DNA from: Raillietiella orientalis
Lineage: Eukaryota
NCBI GenBank assembly: GCA_036172245.1
Contig: JAYWIR010000016.1
Coordinates: 744,001-808,000, forward strand
DNA length: 64,000 bases
Reading direction: 5' to 3'
Numbering within the stretch: position 1 is the first letter of the stretch; each line of letters starts with the position of its first letter. Below the pieces are notes generated by a model. The model did not search any database, was not told the DNA's origin, and saw nothing but the letters and a program-made list of their open reading frames with translations. Positions 57,735 through 64,000 of the stretch are shown here, in pieces. Position numbers and translations under genes: made by a program.

Positions 57735-59620
57735 CTATACTTTATCTGTTAAGAGTTTATCTAGGACTGCAACCATTTTTCCACAACCAGAAGGGGGAAC
57801 TTCCTCTAATTTCCTTTTTAATGCCATAGAAAAATCGATTTCAGAATACTGTACTAAGGAATGCTACAAATACAGTTACAAATGCAATCATTAAAATTTT
57901 GCTTAAGTACCTCCTTTATTGTCTCATATATTTGGCGAAAAAGTGGCTGCTTGTCATTATGAAAAACTTCTCGGTTGCCATGCAAAATTTTAATTCCATT
58001 GGAGTGAGCTTCTTGACAAACACTCATGTACATGCAATGATCTGGACGATAATTCCAGTTGCATGGATACACATAGAGCATTTCTTTTATGAAACACAGT
58101 ACAGAATTGTATTATTATTTCTGTTGATACCTGGATGGTAATGAAAAAATATATTGATTACATCTTGATCTCCCCAAACAATTTTTGCACGGTATTCTTG
58201 ATAGAATGATATAATATAGTATGTCCACTGGATGTTCCTCATTTTTGTGAGATTCATAAGCATCACACCAGAATTAACACCTAAATAAATTGATTTCAAA
58301 ATATGTTTAACTGTGGAATTAAATAGTCATGTGATATTTATTTTAAACTTCATATATGGTTCCGAATTCTTACCAAGAGGCTTGTAGTAGGGATGTTTTG
58401 CAAATCGTTCATACCAGGATATTGCTGCATCTTCATGTTCAGGAGCAAGAGCAGCCAACTGACTTGAATTCATATATTTGAAATGAGTCCATAAATTATC
58501 TATTCCTGTTAAAAACAGGATATCTGTATCAACATAGATTAAGGAGTCAACATTCAGCAATACATCCTGAGGCAAGGTAATGAGGAATAAACAAAAATCG
58601 AATGAACGAATATTTACATAACACTTCTACTTAATATGCAAGCATGTTCTGCACCAATCTTGTAAATTAGATTTGAAATTTGGATGCATACGCATTTTTG
58701 TATGAAAATTACGATAGTTCAAAATCATGTTTATGAAAATGCATAAAGGCAAAGCAATATACTTTAGAGCTTAATTTAATATATAGTCTACTTTTTATTG
58801 ATGGCTTGAAGTTATAGAAAGCAATTTTGTAATCCCTAAATAACCATGAAATTAAAAACAACTTGCAGAGAAAAATAGTCTTTGTGATGCACACAACTTG
58901 AATAAATGTTTCCACTCTTCCACTGAAACGTCTCTTCTGGAGGGATACGAAATTGGCAACAGATGAAATTTATGCTTCTGAGTAAAACTGGAAGGCCACT
59001 GCAGGATCTGTGCAGGTAAATAAATAAAAAAAATGAGTTACTGATATAAATACCTCTCTCTGCAATAACTGCTTTAGATCGTTTTCCAAAAATACTATAA
59101 AATATATGGGAGAAGTGGAAAACATAAGTACAGATTTGATCAAAATTAAAGATTCCTCCAGCCTCTTCCCACATACTGCAATTGCCAAAATTACAGTCTC
59201 CTTAGAGATGCTGCTGAAATTCATGTATTATCAAGTACATCCTGTTTTGGGCAAATTTCCAACTAAAATTTTTGGGGTTTTAAATGGATTTTGTATCCCA
59301 CGTAACCAAATTTCAGCTGAAACAACTTACTTTGTGGATTTCACAAACGCTGCAACCGTTTGGTAAGTGAACACATTGCTTGCATTGTAATAACCGCACA
59401 GAGTTTGGTTTAAACATGTGGAATTCGGATGTGATTTTGCAACGTGGATTTGGATACTTTTTTTGGAAGCAGGCCTTGCAGTTGCAACTGGATTGAAATT
59501 CTTGTGTAAGGATTCCATTTTGGGAGCTGGCCGATCTGATGTCGTATGGGTGCAAACGAATATGTACAAAAAGAGTAGTATGGCAAGTGAAACTACGGCA
59601 TATTTAAACACTTTTCTCAT
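57735..59620 (-). CDS. GXYLT1: Glucoside xylosyltransferase (GT8 family; GXYLT1/2, Drosophila shams)
   Basis: Type II membrane anchor (MRKVFKYAVVSLAILLFLYIF), LAIAVCGKRLEESLILIKS, WKHLFKLCASQRLF, VDSLIYVDTDILFL, AALAPEHED..ISWYERFAKHPYY, GVNSGVMLMNLTKMR, WGDQDVINIFFHYHP, PCNWNYRPDHCMY, LHGNREVFHNDKQP. The last exon ends CGKMVAVLDKLLTDKV* at 57737-57735. Confidence 0.95.
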
Positions 59621-61329
59621 AACCTCTCGCAGATTTCAACGTTCCAAATTTCCCACAGCACGAGTTTTACAAATAAGGTGATGAGAGTAAACATGAGCAT
59701 CGTCCAAATAAGTTTGTGCTAGCATATTGTCTTCTGATGAACTGGGTCATGCCCGGAGGCACCGGCATCTTTGACATGGTCATACAAAAAACAACGAAAA
59801 AAAGAAAACAGCTTTAAGGTTTGCATCCTTCACAGACGTGTTAAGGCTCGTTTGAATTTGAAGGGATCCATTCGAACGACCCTGGAACGGACCGCGTCTT
59901 TGTTCCGTCTCCCAGCTAAGCGCAGGGAAATGCGATCGGGAACAGGGATGACACTTCCCTCTGGGCAGGAATGTCGTTCATGAGCCGGTTGACGAGAACG
60001 GCTCACAAAGCCACTCAGACCGTCTCACGGGTGCACCCCCCCCCACTCCCCCCATAATCAGCCAAGCAAAAGTGTTCCGTGTTTGCTCATCGATGAAATC
60101 TCACCGCGCTATCAAATTTACAAGACCTGGGAAGAAGAGAACGGCGTGGCAGAAATTTCGTCTCCCTCAAGCACATGGAAGCATAGAACGGAAATGAAAT
60201 GGACTACCAAATAAGAAAAAAAACGGAATCGGGAAAATGCTTTCCACGTTTCCTGAAAATTCGTGATGAAAGAAATCAGTGGCCGCAAAGCGACAGAAAC
60301 ATGAAAAATGGAACGAGCAGCTCTGGCACCTGTCGACTTCCAAAACATGCTCCAGATTCACATTACAAGCACTAATGGTGAAACTGGAAGTGGAGTCCGT
60401 ATCAAAGTGATGCCCTATTAAAACTGAGAAACAACTCAAAATAGAAGCAAGAGAGAGAAATCGCAGAAGTGATATCACTCACAATAGAGTCCATTTTCCT
60501 TCGGTGAGGGAAACTTTTCCATAATGCACAAGAATCTATGACAGCAACGAAAACTTGAATACAGAGGAATAACAAGTATATCCAGAAAAACATATTTTTC
60601 TTTTGAGTGGTTTTAAAAGCCTCACGATCCTTTCTTTAGTCACGATAGTACACACACACACGTACACTCTTACATACATACAATTGCGATTTGATGTTTT
60701 TTCCTGTAGCCAGAATAGAGAAGCAATAGCACTTTTCTCCCAGCTACAAGAAAGCGTCTACTGCAAATCTATTAATTTCATTCTTTCTGCGAACTGTAAA
60801 TGTCCATTTTCTTAAGGTTTGTCTGCTCTTTTCTCTCTCGATTTTCAGATATGCATCTTATGCGTTATAAGCATTTCAAGATACAATCACTTAGTCCTGA
60901 CTTCATCTACATTTACCTCCATCATCGGAGATGATTTCGCCGAGGTGGTAACATTTCCACGGATAAAGGAAGATCACCACATGACTAACTGAAATGACAT
61001 CGGTACAGATGACTGCATGAGCAGATGAAATGTTTCTGAAAATCAAAAATCGAAGGCAACTTTCTTGAAAAAGATACGAATTTTCAGATATCTAAATGTT
61101 TTCAAGATTGACTGGGGAAAGAAAAAAGAAGTATTATAAGTATTCGGGTGGTCTCAGAACCATTTTTACTTTTTGAGCTCTATCAACATCTAATGATTAG
61201 GACGATGAAATTAAGACAAGAACATTGAAAATCCATTGAATATTCAGCTTTTATCACACGAAGACTTTTCAAGGTTGGAATTAAAAAGTTGGTAACTGAC
61301 TTTTATCGCGAAAATCAACGACACGGTCA

Positions 61330-62130
61330 CGGCGCCTGCGATGCACCCGTACCCCCGTCACTCGTTGCAAGAGATGCTGGAAAACATCATGGAGAGCAGG
61401 TGAGCTCACAGTACCTCACTTGCAGCAGCGCCGTCCTCTCTGCGGGAGAACCTTGACGGCGACCAGCCCGCAAGATGGGAAACATCCTGAGAGCTCGCGG
61501 GAAGAAGGAAGAGATTGGGGTTGCTGGACGGCGGCGCATCAACTTGCTGACGCCCCGATCCCCGCGGTGTTTTTGGACAGCTCCCTCCTTCCCACGAAGT
61601 GTCAAACTCGGCGTCGTGACTGCTGCACTGGCAACGTAGGTCCTGAGCAACGTAGGTCGCGTGATCACTGGATCAGAGGAAGTGTGGCTCCGGACTGTGC
61701 CAGGTGCTGTGCAAGGGGAACCTTCCCGCATCTACTGATTGAGTGGGTTCGGAGTGTGGTAGCTTGTCGCTACAGCCCTACAATCTCCAAGGGACCACCT
61801 TAAGGACGTATGGAAATGCCTCTACGTTCAGCGCAATGTCGCCTGAAGCGAGTTCTCAGTTCTCTGCTGTCTCCGCGGACCCGTGGCGGCGAGGAGCCAC
61901 ACCGAAAGAGGTCCGAAAAACAAAGACGATATTGCGGTCTTCTGCTCCCTCTTGAGGGGATCACAAGATGGCCCCACCTATGCCGAATAAGGAGGAAGTT
62001 GCCTCCATTTTGGACAAAAAGCTGAGGATGCGAGGGAATTCCGGGCATGAGAGTGGACAGGATGAAGTCGCAGATCAATGCGGCGTGGACAGGATGCTTC
62101 GGATCAAAGCCAGAAAATAAGTAGTTTAAT
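61330..62130 (+). mobile_element. Decayed 5'-truncated copy of the same LINE 3' end
   Basis: WTAAHQLADAPIP...LLPTKCQ...RDHWIRGSVAPDCARCCARGTFPHLLIEW aligns with WTMRELADAATP...LPLKWQ...HHWTLGNVGQNCAVCGEKESIPHLLVDC. Confidence 0.7.
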
Positions 62131-62334
62131 AGAATATTTTGTTTACATCAAAAAGGAAAATTTCTTGTTTTCAGTTAAAACTAATAAGACAGAAATATCT
62201 GTATTAAATTTAGGATTTAATTATGCTTGAAGCTGTTAGTAATGATTTTTACATGTGATTTTATATTGGTTAAAATAATAAAGTGTATATAAAAATTTTA
62301 AAAATGAAATATGTAGTATTTAATTTTAATTGAA

Positions 62335-64000
62335 TGTCCATGGGGATCCTCCTGGATAGCACCATGGAATACTTGATGTGTCCTTTGGAAAAAACTTCTG
62401 TCTTGTACAGGTTTGCTCCGGTTGTCCTCAGAAGATACAGAAATGGCGCTGGCACTGTTCCCAAATGGAAAGTCTTGCTTGCTGGGACGAGACTCCATTT
62501 GATCCAGGACTTCATTCTCCGGCCTCATTTTTTCGTTTCCCTCCCGTCATGAGGGGAGAGACATAAGACGGACGGCCTCCTGCGGAAAGCTCTGGGGGGC
62601 TTCATAAGGCCGAAGTTTTGCCTCGAAGACCTGGTAACACCTCGAAGAAATGTAGGATTCGGCATCTTCACGATTGGGAAGATGAAGCCACAGCTCCAGT
62701 TTAGGATGATGGTCGTGATGGCTGAGAAGTGGAGGAGGGGGCTTCTGGTGATGCCGCCTGCACACAAAATCCTGAGGCGCGCGGACGGTTGCGAGGGCAC
62801 GGCATCGCTTCTACCTTACAACCGAGATCGCACGGAGGCGCTCGCGTTGCCACCAAGGCAGATCTCTGTACTGTGGAAAGATCATCCGGAGATCTGTGCC
62901 GCCCCGAAAGCAACAACCCTTGGAAGCAGGAGGTGGTGGTCACCTGGACCCGCATCACGCGCGCTGACTCAGAGTTCACACGTCTCATCTGCAACCTGGG
63001 AACAGCCTCCCTGGAGGGAGTAATAAGGGACCAGAAGGGGTCCGTAGCCACTGCGGCTTTTCTAGCCGCGACGCTGTCCTCCCTACGGAAGAGAAATGAC
63101 GGTTGTCAACTGGCAGGCTGGGTGACCTCGTAGCAAGGGCGACAACACTGGCGAGCGAGTGGAACTCGGGTCCGTTGTCTGACGCGGATAAACCCAGAGT
63201 GAGCTCCAAAGGGCTGCTCCGTCGGGAAGAAACCTCGACATTCCGTCGTCGTGGATCGTAACTCCTCAGACAGCTCCGTTCTCCCCCCCAGATGGCAGCA
63301 CGAAGAGGTGCAATCAGCTGGCCGTGCAATCAGCGGCGGCGACATCGCTGGACGTGAGCGAGAAGCGTCCCTGCTGACTGAGAGCCAGCGGCGGAGAAAT
63401 GGGATCTCTCGTGCGCCTGCTGCTGGAACGCGGTGACCCTCGTGGAAGCTCGCGGGGAAACCTCGCGACTGCTCCACCTCGACCGGAGGACATCCCGGAA
63501 GGGCTTCTGCGGAACTGCTGCTCGTGGGACGTGCTTTCGCCTGCTACCTCGATCCTGAGTCGCATCCGGAGGATAGTGATGTCCCGGAACACTGAGGAGG
63601 AGAGTCAGCAGGGAAGGTGCACCGCACGTCTCAAACTCCGCAGTGATAGGATGTAGCGAAATAGCCTTTCAAGGATGTCCGATTCACGGAACACGCCGCT
63701 TGCATAGCACTCAGGTTTCAGCAGACGCGTCACGCGTCACCGATGACCCCTGTCCCTTCATACCCTTTTATTTATTTGTCGATTGATTGTCTTCCCTTCC
63801 CTACATCCTCCACGGCCTTCTGTGCAGTCAGCCTTATTTTCTTTTTCTCCTCCCCGTACTATTTTCATGGACCAGTGGAATTTCTGATCCATCGTGGCCT
63901 CTTTATCTTTCTTTTTTTTTTGGAGGAGGGGGTGGGAGAATAAACTCCCTGACGCAACCATTTCAGGTGGGCATGGACACCACCTGAAATGCTTCAAGAT
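62335..64000 (+). mobile_element. Decayed C-terminal half of a Tx1/L1-type ORF2 plus 3' UTR, running to the window edge
   Basis: MGILL...KWKVLLAGTRLHLIQDFIL...LVTPRRNVGFGIF are post-RT motifs. The segment matching 6017-6965 follows, with AATAAA at 63939-63944 and a hairpin at 63959-63991. Confidence 0.7.
63051..64000. repeat. Right arm of the ~950-bp near-identical inverted repeat (partner 6017-6965); may extend beyond the window
   Basis: Direct reverse-complement comparison; identity continues to the last base of the window. Confidence 0.95.

Overview
Eukaryotic, very probably invertebrate (arthropod-like) genomic DNA with spliceosomal introns, many only about 40-50 nt. Two compositional compartments are visible. 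The GC/CpG-rich zones (about 2.8-26.4 kb and 59.7-64 kb) are packed with nested, mostly decayed L1/Tx1-type non-LTR retrotransposon fragments. The left zone also holds an intact 4-exon UDP-glycosyltransferase gene, an intact sedoheptulokinase (SHPK) gene and a frameshifted RING-finger relic. The AT-rich, CpG-poor block (about 26.4-59.7 kb) holds four conserved genes: dynactin p150Glued (DCTN1, +), ARHGAP39/Vilse (-), a ZC2HC1-family C2HC zinc-finger gene (+) and glucoside xylosyltransferase GXYLT/shams (-). Four observations stand out: (1) a young 5'-truncated LINE flanked by a 160-bp direct repeat, an apparent very long target-site duplication, inserted antisense into a relative; (2) a near-identical ~950-bp inverted pair of decayed LINE 3' ends about 56 kb apart whose identity stops in register inside homologous ORF2 sequence; (3) DCTN1 and ARHGAP39 stop codons only 27 bp apart, implying overlapping 3' ends; (4) a composition pattern suggestive of gene-body methylation. 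I found no CRISPR array, rRNA, tRNA or prokaryotic system. All protein identifications are from motif recognition by eye, not database searches.
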